A stretch of 64,000 bases of DNA from Microthyrium microscopicum (taxonomy: Eukaryota), in contig MU004231.1 of NCBI GenBank assembly GCA_010405405.1, positions 2,433,860 through 2,497,859 of the forward strand, in the 5' to 3' direction. Position numbers and translations under genes: made by a program. A model generated the notes under the pieces. The model saw nothing but the letters and a program-made list of their open reading frames with translations. It was not told where the DNA came from and searched no databases. This document shows positions 25,387 to 37,662 of the stretch, in pieces. The number at the start of each line of letters is the position of its first letter. Position 1 is the first letter of the stretch.

Positions 25387-27150
25387 ATGGCACCACAAAA
25401 AAAAGGATATGGCAAGCGGCGGCGGCCAGAGCCTGTGTTTCGACTGACACCATTACTTCAGTCCAGTCCACGAAAAGCGCCAGCGGAGCCGAATATTGAT
25501 GACCTTACACTCCAACTCGAGAAAATCCAGATAGAACAGGATGATAGTATCCTCACTCGCTCTAGACGGAAAAAGCTGCTCGAGTCTCAAGAGATGCCTC
25601 CAACAATGGCTCCAACGCCAACTCGATCTAGAAGCCCGATAAAGACCAGAACCCAGGAACCATTAGAAGTGGACGACTTGGCAGCACTGGTCACATCACT
25701 GGCAATTGAGAGTAGCCCTTCGCGTGAAGCTCAAATCAAGCCCCAATCGGAAATAGACACAATCCCAGATCTATCAGAATCATCAATATCACAAACCTCA
25801 TCCACAATATCTCTCGTCGAGCCACTCGACCCATACACCGCACCACTTCTATCACTATCCTCCGACCCAGTCAACCGCATTAATCCAACTCCCTTCTCAG
25901 ACTGGTCTTCCTCTCTCGAACCACACTTCAACATCATCAAAATCGCCGAAGCGTCCTACGGCGAAGTCTACCGTCTAAAACTCAAAGCACGCCACCCACT
26001 ATTCACCGTCTCCGACGAGTCCGTTCTCAAAGTCCTAGCTCTCAAACCACCACCAACCAACCGCAAAAAGACCAAGGCGCAGCAAAACAAAGAGGACTTT
26101 ATGTCAGCGGTTGACAACGTGGCTGCTGAGGTTAAGCTCCTGCAGCGCATGGCCGATATTCCCAGCTTTACCAACTTCCGCGATGTGCGTGTATTGCGTG
26201 GCCGACCGAGTCCCGTGTTTGCGAAAGCGTGGGCGGCATTCAATGAGGAACGCGAAGAGGAGGATAAAAGCGTATTTCCGGATCCTAGCAAGAAGACGGC
26301 GTATAGTCCAGACCAACTATGGGCAGTCATTGAGATGCAGGATGCTGGCAAAGATCTAGAGCACATATGTCTGAAGAACGTGTTCGCGGTATGGGACGTA
26401 TTCTGGGGCGTTACATTAGCCCTCGCCAAGGGAGAGCAAGAGGCGGAATTTGAGCATCGAGATCTGCACATGGGCAATATTTGCGTGAAGCCGCGCAAGG
26501 AAGACGATGAGATTGGTGCAGAGAACGCTAGAGTACGCAATGTACATGGCAAGCTGGGCTTTACTGGATTGGAACCTACACTTATCGACTATACGCTGTC
26601 GAGAGCCGAGACATTTGGGAGAGACGAGAGAGGTCGGACAGTGCCGCTGGTGGAGTTTCTGGATTTGACGACTGAGGGGGCGCTATTTGAGGCCGATGCT
26701 ACGTATGAATATCAGTATGAGGTTTATCGGTATATGCGGTCTGCCATGTACTTCTCTGATGCGTTGGCTGAGTACAACGAGGATGATGCCGCGGAGTCTG
26801 GACGGACGTGGGCTGGCTTTCATCCGCAGACGAATTTAGTGTGGCTGCACTTTATTTTGCATAAGATGTTGGAGACTGTCGTCTGGCCGAGCAAGAGTAT
26901 GCCCAAAACGCTCCAGTTTCTGGAAGTTCGGGGAAAGCAAGAGGACAAGGAGGCGCGGGCCAAAGCGAAGGAATTGGAAGCAGCGCTCAAGAAATTGAGA
27001 AAGATGTTGGATCCTCGCCATATTTCAGGTGAAGATCTGGGATCTGCTGCAGACCTGGTCTCCATAGCACTTGATAGTGAGTGGCTAGACATGGAAGACA
27101 TTGTTGGGGATGGAGATGATTCTCTTAGTTCTCTGCTTGAACGGAGCTGA
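25387..27150 (+). CDS. Haspin-family Ser/Thr protein kinase (Alk1/Alk2/Hrk1-like)
   Basis: 587-aa ORF with KIAEASYGEVY, FEHRDLHMGNI, the haspin-diagnostic LIDYTLSRA, YQYEVYRYMR and W..FHPQTNLVWLHF. Confidence 0.92.
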   Translation: MAPQKKGYGKRRRPEPVFRLTPLLQSSPRKAPAEPNIDDLTLQLEKIQIEQDDSILTRSRRKKLLESQEMPPTMAPTPTRSRSPIKTRTQEPLEVDDLAALVTSLAIESSPSREAQIKPQSEIDTIPDLSESSISQTSSTISLVEPLDPYTAPLLSLSSDPVNRINPTPFSDWSSSLEPHFNIIKIAEASYGEVYRLKLKARHPLFTVSDESVLKVLALKPPPTNRKKTKAQQNKEDFMSAVDNVAAEVKLLQRMADIPSFTNFRDVRVLRGRPSPVFAKAWAAFNEEREEEDKSVFPDPSKKTAYSPDQLWAVIEMQDAGKDLEHICLKNVFAVWDVFWGVTLALAKGEQEAEFEHRDLHMGNICVKPRKEDDEIGAENARVRNVHGKLGFTGLEPTLIDYTLSRAETFGRDERGRTVPLVEFLDLTTEGALFEADATYEYQYEVYRYMRSAMYFSDALAEYNEDDAAESGRTWAGFHPQTNLVWLHFILHKMLETVVWPSKSMPKTLQFLEVRGKQEDKEARAKAKELEAALKKLRKMLDPRHISGEDLGSAADLVSIALDSEWLDMEDIVGDGDDSLSSLLERS

Positions 27151-27797
27151 TCTTGTAATGCTCAGTATGACGATTTTGCTTTATAGCGAGGCGTTGGGTC
27201 TTGTTGCTTATACTAGATTTGTAGAATTATCAACTCATTCCATATACTTTGAGTCTCATTACTACGACCTAGCCATCTTTGTTGTTGGATTATTTCCGTT
27301 CGGGGTTTCCAAGAGTCGTTGCACGAAAGTCATGCCGCTCTGGTCAGTGCAGCTTGCTGCCTTCTCGTTGGCTGGAGACCAAGGAGTGCGATCTCTCATA
27401 AGGTTCGTATCGCTTTTCTGGCAGCTATATCTTCCTTCGACATTAGCCTCCTAATGAAATCCAATACTTGTTCCAAATTGGGAAAGAGCGTCAGGTGATA
27501 TCGCGTGTTTCACGTGGCGCTCTTTCCGAATCGGCTGAGACAGGTGGACTTAACTCCGGTGGCAAGTACATCTCGAACGTCACTTCTGCTTTCCGTTCCA
27601 GTCACTACTCAACTGAGGCCGCCTCAATAAATCCGGTCATTCCTGGGCGATTGCTCTTTCCTTCACTCTTTGATTGGAAATTTCTACCTCATGGCCCACA
27701 TCTCTTGACCTGATCTTTTCCTCTCTCCCACCCTCCCTCCACCGCCCTCTCTACCTCCGAACATCAGTCCTACACTCGAATTACAACTGTCATCAAC

Positions 27798-30700
27798 ATG
27801 GAAGAATTTCTAGCTGTCGCGCGCGATCAAGACGAACTAGAGCGAGACATTGGTCGCCAGGCCGACCAGATACTCACGGAGCAAGCGGATGAGCGCGATG
27901 TGAAGCGACTCGAAAAGACACAATCACAACTCGACAAATTGGCCGTGCAAATACGGAAGATCAACGAGAGACTCGCCGGACCTGGATCTTCGTTTGTGAA
28001 AAATCCACTTCGAAACGAGAAGTCTAGATTGGAGAAGGAGATCGATGGATTGAAGAAGGAAGTTGATCAGATCAATGGTCGCATTGCTGAGCGACACCAA
28101 GACTCGACAATCGAATCTCACGACAATGGCCGGTTACCAAACGAAAGCCGACGCGATTTTCTTATTCGGACCGGCAAAATTACTCCATTCTCGAAGCTTG
28201 CGCAAACTCAGGCGCCATCAGCGAACCTTGCGGATATATTGCTGGCAGCAGAAAAGGAAGGCGAGGTTGAAGATGAAGTTGATGAACTCGAGTCTGCTAG
28301 TGGTCCGGTCTCTCATCAAAATCTTTTACAGCCTGGGTTCGCAAATGATGATTCTAGCAGCACCAATGATTTGCGACGCCATGCTCTTGGTCTTCGAACT
28401 CAGAAGCGACGAAAGGTCGGAGGCTCTGACGTCTCAGATGGTGTCCGTGTATCACATTCACCTTCAGCTGACGAGTTCCAGCCTCTTGATAGCAGCGGGC
28501 GGGCTTCTATTGGTGAGGACAGCGGTAGCGACTTTGATACTGAAGAGCGTCCGACCAAACTAAATGTCACAAAATCTAAAGCTAAATCTCGTTCGAAGAA
28601 GCGAAAAGCAGAAGATGATGGAAGCGAAGAAAACGACGAGATTGATGATCTCACAGGCGTCGATGATGGAAATGAGGCCCACTATCAAGCGCGACTGAAG
28701 AATTGGAGCCGAAAACGTGCTGCTGCTCGCGAGAAGGCTCTTTTACGGACTGACGACACATCGGCTAAAAATGCCGATCATGACAATCGCGCCGAATGGC
28801 TTAAACCTCACCCTTTGCGACCAGATGCTGTTCTAAGCGAAAACTTCAAAATTCCTGGGGACGTCTATCCGTCATTGTTTGACTATCAAAAGACTGGGGT
28901 TCGATGGCTTCACGAACTTTACCAGCAACAAGTTGGTGGAATCGTTGGCGATGAAATGGGTCTCGGTAAAACTATTCAAATCATCTCATTCCTTGCCGGA
29001 CTGCACTATTCTGAGCAGATGAAGGCTCCGACCATCGTTGTATGCCCAGCGACAGTCATGAGACAATGGGTCGATGAATTCCACAAATGGTGGCCGCCCC
29101 TTCGAGTTTCGATTTTGCATTCATCTGGAAGTGGAATGATCAATGTTCGAGAAGAAAAAGACTTCGAAGACGAGCTTGAATACGAACGTGCTGATCGGGG
29201 TGCTGCTCCCAAATCCAAGAACTACAAATCTGCCAAGGGCATTGTTGATCGAGTCTTCAAACATGGGCACATTCTTGTCACTACATATTCTGGGCTTCAA
29301 ACATATGCTGAACTGCTTCTTTCTCGAGAGTGGCAGTATGCGGTACTGGACGAAGGTCACAAGATTCGAAATCCTAACACAGCCATCACTCTCTATTGCA
29401 AAGAGTTGAGAACCCCCAACCGAATCATTCTGTCTGGAACACCCATGCAAAACAATCTCGTGGAGCTTTGGTCCCTCTTCGACTTTGTCTATCCTATGAG
29501 ACTCGGAACCCTTGTAACTTTCCGTCAACAATTCGAATATCCTATCAAGCAAGGCGGGTACTCGCATGCATCGAATCTTGCTGTTGAGACTGCGATGAAG
29601 TGCGCAGAGACTCTGAAAGACGCAATAAGTCCCTATCTTCTGCAACGGTTCAAAGTCGATGTTGCTGCAGATCTTCCCAAGAAGTCTGAGCGAGTCTTAT
29701 TCTGCAAGTTGACCAGCAAGCAACGACGCGAATACAAACACTTCCTAGATTCTGGAGACATGGCATCTATTACCGCGGGAAAGAGACAGCCTTTGTATGG
29801 TGTGGACATTTTGCGCAAAATCTGCAATCATCCTGATCTAGTTGATCACAAGCGATTGTCAAAGAAGCCAGACTATGATTATGGCGATCCCGCAATGTCT
29901 GGGAAGATGCAAGTTGTCAAGGTAGGCTTTCTATATTACCACATATATCCTGCCCAGGTTTACTAACAAGGTAACAGGCGCTATTGGAGCTTTGGAAGAC
30001 CAACGGCCATAAGACATTGCTATTTGCTCAGCATAGAATCATGTTGGACATTTTGCAGCGCTTCTTGAACAATATGGAGGGATTCAACTACATGAGAATG
30101 GATGGAAACACCACTATCAAAGATCGGCAGACCCTTGTTGACAAGTTCAACCGCGATCCAAACATCCACGTCTTCCTTCTGACAACCAAAGTCGGCGGTC
30201 TAGGCGTGAATCTCACGGGAGCGGATCGTGTCATCATCTATGACCCAGACTGGAACCCGTCCACAGATGTGCAAGCCCGCGAACGTGCATGGCGTCTTGG
30301 ACAAAAGAAAGAAGTTGAGATCTATCGTCTCATGACAGCTGGTACAATCGAAGAAAAGATATATCACCGACAGATCTTCAAACAATTTCTGACGAACAAG
30401 ATCCTCCGAGATCCAAAGAGTCGTCAGACTTTCCAACTCAAAGACTTGCATGATCTATTCACACTTGCCGATCCCACCGACAAGACAGAAACCGGCTCCA
30501 TATTCAAAGGCACTGAGATCAAACTCAAGGATAGAAATTCCTCTGAAACGCAACCATCTCATTCAATTTCATCACGCAAGCGTCGAGCTACCGATGATGA
30601 AGAAGTTGACTCTCCTCGAAAGCGTCGAGCCACCAGCGATGAAGAAGTCGCACGAATCCTACCTATCGCCCCCATTGTCCGCGAGGAAGAATTCGCCGCC

Positions 30701-31384
30701 GAAGACCCAACACCTCTCACAGATAAGGAGAAGTCTTCTCGTGTGTTATCTGCGATCTTCTCTCGTGCAGATATCCATTCCGCCCATGAACATGACGCGA
30801 TTCTCAACTCCAATGGCTCTCGCAAGGCTTATGGCGTAGATCCAGAAGTCATCCGCGCCAAAGCGCGTCAAGTCGCAGATGAAGCCGCCCGCGAACTCGA
30901 AAAAGCGCAAGAAATAGCACGTACTCTCCCCGCCGGTGTGCCGACTTGGACCGGCACCTTCGGCATGGGCGGACATCCAGACGATATCCGCGGCACTCCA
31001 GCTCGACGTGGCGGTGGTGGTGGACGAGGAGGGCGTGGTGGACCTTCTGGCTCGTCTGTTCTCTCTGGTATGGCAGCGCGTCGCCAAAATGGCTCAGCAT
31101 CCACCACAGGCCCGGGCAACGCAGGTCGGGGAGACAATCGTGGCGCATCACCACAGACGAACTATATGCCTCAGGGCAAGGAGTTCATGATGATGATTCG
31201 AGAGTTTATAAAGGTGCATGGTGGGAGCTGCTATTCGCAGAACTTGATTGATCATTTCAATCGGTATTGTAGTACGCCGCAGCGGACGGCTGAGTTTCAC
31301 GAGTTGTTGCGGAAGCTTGCGTTTCATGAAAAGGGGCAACGTGGTCGTGGGAAGTGGGTGTTGAAGGATAAGTATAGGGAGTAG
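27798..31384 (+). CDS. RAD26: SNF2-family transcription-coupled repair ATPase Rad26/CSB (ERCC6); exons 27798-29921, 29978-31384
   Basis: [11 protein letters not shown]-terminal motif, [54 protein letters not shown] and a C-terminal winged-helix-like segment. A GT...TACTAAC...CAG intron joins the two ORFs in frame. Confidence 0.93.
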
Positions 31385-31812
31385 GAGCAATGGGTGGACT
31401 GGGCTGGTGGAGGGTGCTGATTGGGGAGATTGTTGTAATTCGCCAGGCTGATTGAGGAATTAGATAAGTAGGATCTGTGGGACGATTCTAAAACATATCA
31501 TCGAAAGCTACTTGGGGTGTGTAACTTTGCCATGTCTGCTTGTTATCAGTTCCTTCTGTAAAACTTTGGTGCCTTTAGGAGTTCCTGGTAGTGGCTCTGG
31601 ACAACCAAGCTCATATGTATATTCCTGCCATACACTCGCGCGGATGAATTGAGCTTCAAGAATCCTCTGAAGATCTTGCTATTCTATGGATTTACCTATG
31701 ATATAAATGGGGCTCGATAGCAAATTCCATACGGTCGATTAACATTTGCAAAAATGGACTCACTTTCATCGCTTCTTGCCCATGGGTTTACTCAAATCCT
31801 ACTCGGGCGGTA

Positions 31813-32030
31813 CCGTAGCTTTCGTTTCATTTGCACGTTTAATTAAGCCTATTTGGGATTTCAAATTTGGGCTTACTAATATCTTTTACCATATTATATG
31901 TAGAAAATGTCCCTTTTGCTCACACGTGAAATTCAAACCTCTACTTATCATTAGTGAAAGATATTAGTAAGCCCAAATTTGAAATCCCAAATAGGCTTAA
32001 TTAAACGTGCAAATGAAACGAAAGCTACGG
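31813..32030. mobile_element. MITE (218 bp) with perfect 74-bp TIRs and TA target-site duplication, Tc1/mariner-type
   Basis: 31813-31886 is the exact reverse complement of 31957-32030. Flanked by TA at 31811-12 and 32031-32. The 70-bp core is non-coding. Confidence 0.93.
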
Positions 32031-32328
32031 TACAGTCGAGTCCTAATTCTAATTGGTGGTGTTCAAATCCTGCCCAGGAGTTGTATTGTCACAAATCTCT
32101 CAGCCCCGCCCGCAATCACCTTTCACTCAAGCTGGTAGTCATCAAAGATCTGCAGTCCTATCACCACCGCAGGTCCATCAGCACGGCTTCATCTCCGTTC
32201 ACTTACGTTTTCGTCTGTTTCATTCGGCCCGCTCCCATTAGCGCCCTGATCTTTGTTGGACTTGTATTCGCCAATCAGCAAGAGATCGATACTACTTTGC
32301 TTGATTTCTAACACCCCGTCTCGTGGAT

Positions 32329-32727
32329 ATGACGAGCGGCGAAGTTACAGACAAGCCTACGCAGTCAGGTCGATATCAGGAATCCTCTATCGATCGACTA
32401 TCTTCGTCGGAGTATAAGAACAGTTCTACAGGAACAGTAGACGTAGCTTCCCCAGCTATGACTTCCAAAAACCTCAACAGATCCAAGATCCAAATTTTGA
32501 TCAGAGAATACACTGAAGATCTCGCGGCTGGATTGCTCCATCCTATTAGTTACCTTCTTTACGATCGCAAGTTCAACACGGATCTCATTTACGTGATCCC
32601 TAATAAGATCGGTACAGAGACATTGAGACTGGCACTTATTACATACATCAGAGAGCGTACGGAACAACCAAGCTGGAGCAATGAGAATCTTCAAGTTCGC
32701 CCTCGCAAGCGCCCTAGCGATGACTGA
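32329..32727 (+). CDS. Short hypothetical protein (may be spurious or a gene fragment)
   Basis: ~132-aa ORF from the ATG at 32329; no recognisable motif. Confidence 0.3.
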   Translation: MTSGEVTDKPTQSGRYQESSIDRLSSSEYKNSSTGTVDVASPAMTSKNLNRSKIQILIREYTEDLAAGLLHPISYLLYDRKFNTDLIYVIPNKIGTETLRLALITYIRERTEQPSWSNENLQVRPRKRPSDD

Positions 32728-32839
32728 TTCCACATGCGCCTTGCCTCTCGTGGTCTTTCCAGACAACATGAGCGATGCAACAGCAGCCCGACACTTTTCT
32801 GGATCAAGCGACCTAGGGATATCCCCATCAATATGTATG

Positions 32840-33399
32840 CGGAGGCTATGAGCATTTTCCTACCACACTGCTCGGAACCCTTGAGCAACAGCTTTTTGAC
32901 ATGTCAATCACGAATTGCAAACATCTCAAACTTCTTGATCTGGGTGGAGGCACAGGACTGAGGGCCTGCGACGCTCTGAAAGCCGGCGCTCGAGTGGTTG
33001 ACGTGGTCGATATTTCCGCTGAAATGATGCGCCTCGGACAAGAATAGGAAAATTCGATTGGACGTGGTATAATACGGCAGCATGATTGCGAATCAAAACA
33101 ATTCATTATCGAAATCTGCAGCTCATGGAAAGTCCGGCGTGGTCTTCACTGACCTTGAGAAATTTACTGAAGGACTGAAACTTCCATATCGCACGACAAC
33201 CAATCCTCCACTTGATTTTGAGTCTATCGCATTACAGGTCCACTTCACAGGAGCTCTGGAAATACCACGAAAATTCTTTGAAGCTCTACAAAACGTGCTG
33301 TGGGAAGAGACTCCAACTGTGATGGCTTGTCATGACTTTTGGAAGTCATATTTGGCAGACCCAATCTTATACATTTTCTCAGCACGGAAAAAGGGCTGA
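32840..33399 (+). pseudogene. Class I SAM-dependent methyltransferase pseudogene
   Basis: One frame reads KLLDLGGGTGLRACDALKAGARVVDVVDISAEMMRLGQE* (motif I and post-I, stop at 33045-47). The C-terminal part ...FWKSYLADPILYIFSARK is in another frame, and the central region appears to be missing. Confidence 0.7.
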
Positions 33400-33617
33400 A
33401 ATGACGCGACAAACACAGCTTTGATGCCCAAAAGGATAGAGAAGAAATTCAGGTCGCTTGAGGTGTGGGACCAGATCAATAGATGTGTTTAATATAACAT
33501 CTAATATACATGAATATATCGCAGTACCCTCATTCAACCGCATCTACATTTTGTAGTATATCACGACAGCAACAGAATTCTTGCGGACGAATGTAGACCA
33601 ACAGAACTGCTGCGACA

Positions 33618-34925
33618 ATGCGCTTCATAATAGCAATAGCTCTGCTTTTTTGCCACTCAAACGCAACAGCTTACAACCGCGCCGCCTGTCAATCAGCATC
33701 ACTACAGACCGTCGCGACAGCATGTCCACCAAACACCCTCGCAGTTGGCCCTAGTGCCAACTTCAAGACCATCCAAGCAGCTATCAAAAGCATCCCGTCA
33801 AATTCCAATGCATACATCATCCTCATCCAACCAGGTACATACCAGGAACAAGTCAACATCACTCGATCCGGGCCAGTCACTCTACTAGGGGCCACCAGCG
33901 CACCAAATGATGCGTCCAAGAACAGCGTCACTATCCTCTGGAAAGCTGCAACTGGGACCAAAGAGACTGGCAACGGAGACAATGCATTTACATCAACGCT
34001 CACTGTGGCACCAACACTAGATGCCAGTTTGACCGGCTCAGGACCAACCGGCCATGCGGTTGCGCCAGGCACGAAATTTGGGAATACAGATTTTCGGGCC
34101 TATAATGTTGATTTTGTGAATGATTTTAAGCAGACGAGTGCTGGGCCTAGTTTGGCCGTTAGTGTTAGTTATGCGAATGCTGGGTTTTATTACTGCCGGG
34201 TCAAAAGTTATCAAGACACGGTAAGCTTAACAACATGACTTTGGATGTGATCGATACTGACGTTAGAAGGTGTATGTGGGCAAGCTGGGAAATGCATACT
34301 TTGATAAGTCGGAGATTGCTGGTCAAACGGATTTCCTGTACGGATTTGGCACGGCTTGGATCCAGTCATCTACTCTTCAACTTCGTGGCTGTGGTGGAGG
34401 TATTACGGCCTGGAAGGTATATGTGAAGCAATCACTGAACCTAATATATGCGCTGACACGTCTAAAGGGCACGAATACAACATTTCCTAACAAATATGGT
34501 GTCTATATCCATGAGTCAAAGGTGGTAAAAGCAAGTACTTCCTTATCAATTCGTGGAAAGTGCTCACTCGGAAGACCTTGGGTATGCAAAATTCATCTGC
34601 TACTTTCAACTTTTATGATGCTGACATCTACCAGAACTCCATGCACCGCTCCATATTTTCTAAAACCGAAATGGATGACTCAATTCGCTCAGCAGGATAC
34701 ACGACATGGTCCTCCTCCGAAACCCGCGTCCATAGCGAAACCATGATGGCCGAATACAGCAACACTGGCCCCGGTTTCAACGCAGCCGGTCGACGAGAAG
34801 GCAAAATCTCTCACGTTCTCTCTGATTCCGAATTCGCAGGCTACTCGTCTCCAGCGAAAGTGTTTCAATCACCGGATGGCAAATTTGGGAATGTTGAGTG
34901 GATAGACACGAAACCAGAAGCATGA
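33618..34925 (+). CDS. Secreted pectin methylesterase (CE8); exons 33618-34220, 34270-34416, 34468-34581, 34635-34925
   Basis: Signal peptide; FKTIQAAI, PGTYQEQV, YQDT, GQTDFLYGFG, LGRPW and AEYSNTGPG motifs; three GT-AG introns. Confidence 0.93.
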
Positions 34926-35082
34926 TATATGTTTTGGTAATTTGTGGCATTCTACAAACACTAACTAATGAATACAATAATTGAGCCTTGTTGTTCCTTG
35001 TTATTCTACTCAGCTTGACATGCTCATTACGCCTATGACAACCAGCAACCACGCTAAAGGAGTGTATATATTTCGCCACCAA

Positions 35083-35801
35083 TTAAGCAAAGAACGCACC
35101 GAATACTCCCAATGCCGCGACAGCCTTGACGAACTCTGCTCCGCGCAAACTATCCGCCGCATTCGCTGTTTGCACCGCCGGAGTAGTTGGTTTAGTTACC
35201 GTCGCCGGTGGCGGTGGAGGAGTATTTCTGGGTCCCGTGGGCGTTGTAAGAACAGTAGTACTCGTAGTAGAAGGCGGTAGTGCGGCTCCAGTGATAGTCT
35301 GCGTTACAGGCGCAATTGTCGTCGGTGGAAGTATAATTGTGGTGACGACTGGTGTTGGCGCGGCGCCAATGAGGGTGGTTGTTACTGTCTGAGGAGTATC
35401 TGTTCATCGTCAGCCAGCCGTCCCGGACTCTGAAAGGTTAGATGCTTACTGATTGCGCAAAACCATTGCCCATTCGCTTGAATTGGATGTAACGGCGCTG
35501 GACAACATACGCCGCCTGCTGCGCCGCATGGGACTGGCGCATTTGGGTTCTGGACCACGGTCGCAGCTGGAAGTGGCGCGGCTGGAACCGTGACGATGTA
35601 CGGCACTGGTTGTGGGACAGGCACGGGATATGGTTGAGGAACTGGATGGTTGCCTCCCCATGAACCACCATTTCCCCATCCGCCGCCTCCATGGCCGCCC
35701 CATCCTCCTCCACCGCCGGCGACATCCGCGACTTCTGCGACTTCTGCCAAGGCTAAACTGGCTAGGCCTAGGAGTGATAGAGCTTGAGTTCCTAGAAACA
35801 T
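35083..35801 (-). CDS. Predicted GPI-anchored cell-surface protein (222 aa); exons 35801-35450, 35399-35083
   Basis: Signal peptide, Gly/Trp repeats, Pro-rich linker, C-x5-CC-x13-C module, Thr/Pro stalk and hydrophobic tail (ANAADSLRGAEFVKAVAALGVFGAFFA). The GTAAGC..GCTGAC..CAG intron restores the frame. Confidence 0.82.
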
Positions 35802-36868
35802 GATGATAAGATGGTGATGACCCAGTCCAATGCCAGCCTGTGAATTTGGGGATTAGTGTTAGAGGCTTGGAGCAAACGATTGCAACCAGCCGCCGAGAGA
35901 GGGGGTAGAAGGGAGACAGGTGGGATTCAGTCGAACTGTGATAATGGGTTGTTTAAGAGGATCCATTGGCTAAACGCTCTATAAGTTGGACTCCTTTACC
36001 ATGGTAGTGTCAAGCCATGGGCAACAATGTATAAAATTGCATTAACTGAGTTGTCTAGACCGAGTGTAGTCCACTCAAAGCTGGACACTAGAGCTGTTCT
36101 CTGCAGAACAAGTGCAAGTAATTGGTCTGTGGAATGGCAGTGTTTACTAGAGAACAAGGCTGAAGTTATGCCAAAGCTCAGGGTTAAGACGAATAGGCGT
36201 TGGAGGTAAACTTGTCTGCCCTATCTAGGAATCTATCAGTTTATGCTCAACCTGGACTCTAAATTTAATGAGACCTACTGCAAGGTATCTCGTCAACAGA
36301 ACCGAGTAGTCTAACCGGCCAAAATCGTGAAGTTTGTGCATAATGCCTAGCTCTTGACTCGAAATTCCCGTTGGAACGCAAAAGCTGTGGTAGAATTTTG
36401 GTACTTTAAATATGCCTTTCAAAAGTCAACTAGCACCATTGCGGAGAACGGCGCTTACAACCTACAACAATACCCAACAAATGGATAGCTTCGACTGGAT
36501 AGGCAGTGATTCCAGTAGGTCTATGTTTGTAGTCATGTCGGTAATCCTGGTCTGACACAATGTGCTATATCATCCTTGTAAAATTCTGTTACAACTGACC
36601 TCGTTCAAAATGCGTTCAAGAAAGATTCTGGTGCCCTACACGTGACGATAAAAGATAAACCGGAATGTAGGATTCGCAAAAGAGGACGAATTGACGTCTA
36701 ATTTGGGGTTGTCGCTCAAAAGTATGAATTAGATAGCCCTCTGAGGGTCAAAAGTCAAGACATCAACCCAAAAGCCTCACCACCAACTCCTAGGGCAAGA
36801 TCATTGGTTGTCGCTAACGCCAGTATATGCAAATTAAAAGGTTTTCCAAAGCAAAGAAGAAGCCTGGG

Positions 36869-37662
36869 CTATTCGTCGTCTAGAATAGAATTCGCAATCC
36901 GACCGAATATAGGGATTTGAAACCGATCCACTGTCTCCGCTACGACAAGTCAGTATACCTTTGGTAGTATATAATATTATGAGCATCATACCATCTTTAT
37001 ACGCCCTGAAAGTCATAAACCCTATCAATCCCAGATCGCCCACTAGAATCAAATAAGATAAAATCCGGGACCACGAGAATATGATGTGTAGAACGAAGAG
37101 TACTGAAAAGGTGAGAGCTGACTGCCAGGCGTGGAACCTTTCCCAGTTATTAGCAACAAGCTTCAAACAACATCTGATCCCCTAGTGCTCTTACCTGACA
37201 TAGTCGCTGCGATGCTCAAATAGCAATAGAATTACCGGACCTGCAGGCGGTAATCCAAGGTATGCTAGACAAGCCTCCCAGTCTAATCGTAATCCCAAGC
37301 TTGTTTCGTACAAGTCTATGCCAGATCTCCGCGACCAGAATCCACCGGCCGAGCCTAGTGTTCGTTGTCGCCCGGTCTCTAAATCATCATCTGCTTCTTC
37401 TGTCGGCCATCCTTGACCTGGATTGAAGAATGTCTCGTTGTTCTGGTATGATGGGCTTTTTGGTGGGGAAAAGGCGCCAGGGCTGCGGCGGGGAGGTTGG
37501 GCTTGTGGTCTGGGAGAAGGAGACTTGGTTGCTGGAGGTGAGAGCGTCCGTTCAATATCGGGGGCGGTATCTTGGTATGGTCTTTGAGAATTGTTAGCAT
37601 TCGAAGGGGGTATAGAACGAAAGTTCGGCTTCGGAGGCTTCTTACGCGAAGTTGTGGGACAT
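36869..37662 (-). CDS. UPF0132/DUF4870-like small membrane protein; exons 37662-37646, 37581-37195, 37137-36992, 36939-36869
   Basis: Spliced product MSHNFAPYQD...ETSLGLRLDWEACLAYLGLPPAG..EHRSDYVRFHAWQS...AYKDAETVDRFQIPIFG..DDE. Three canonical introns keep the frame. Confidence 0.8.
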
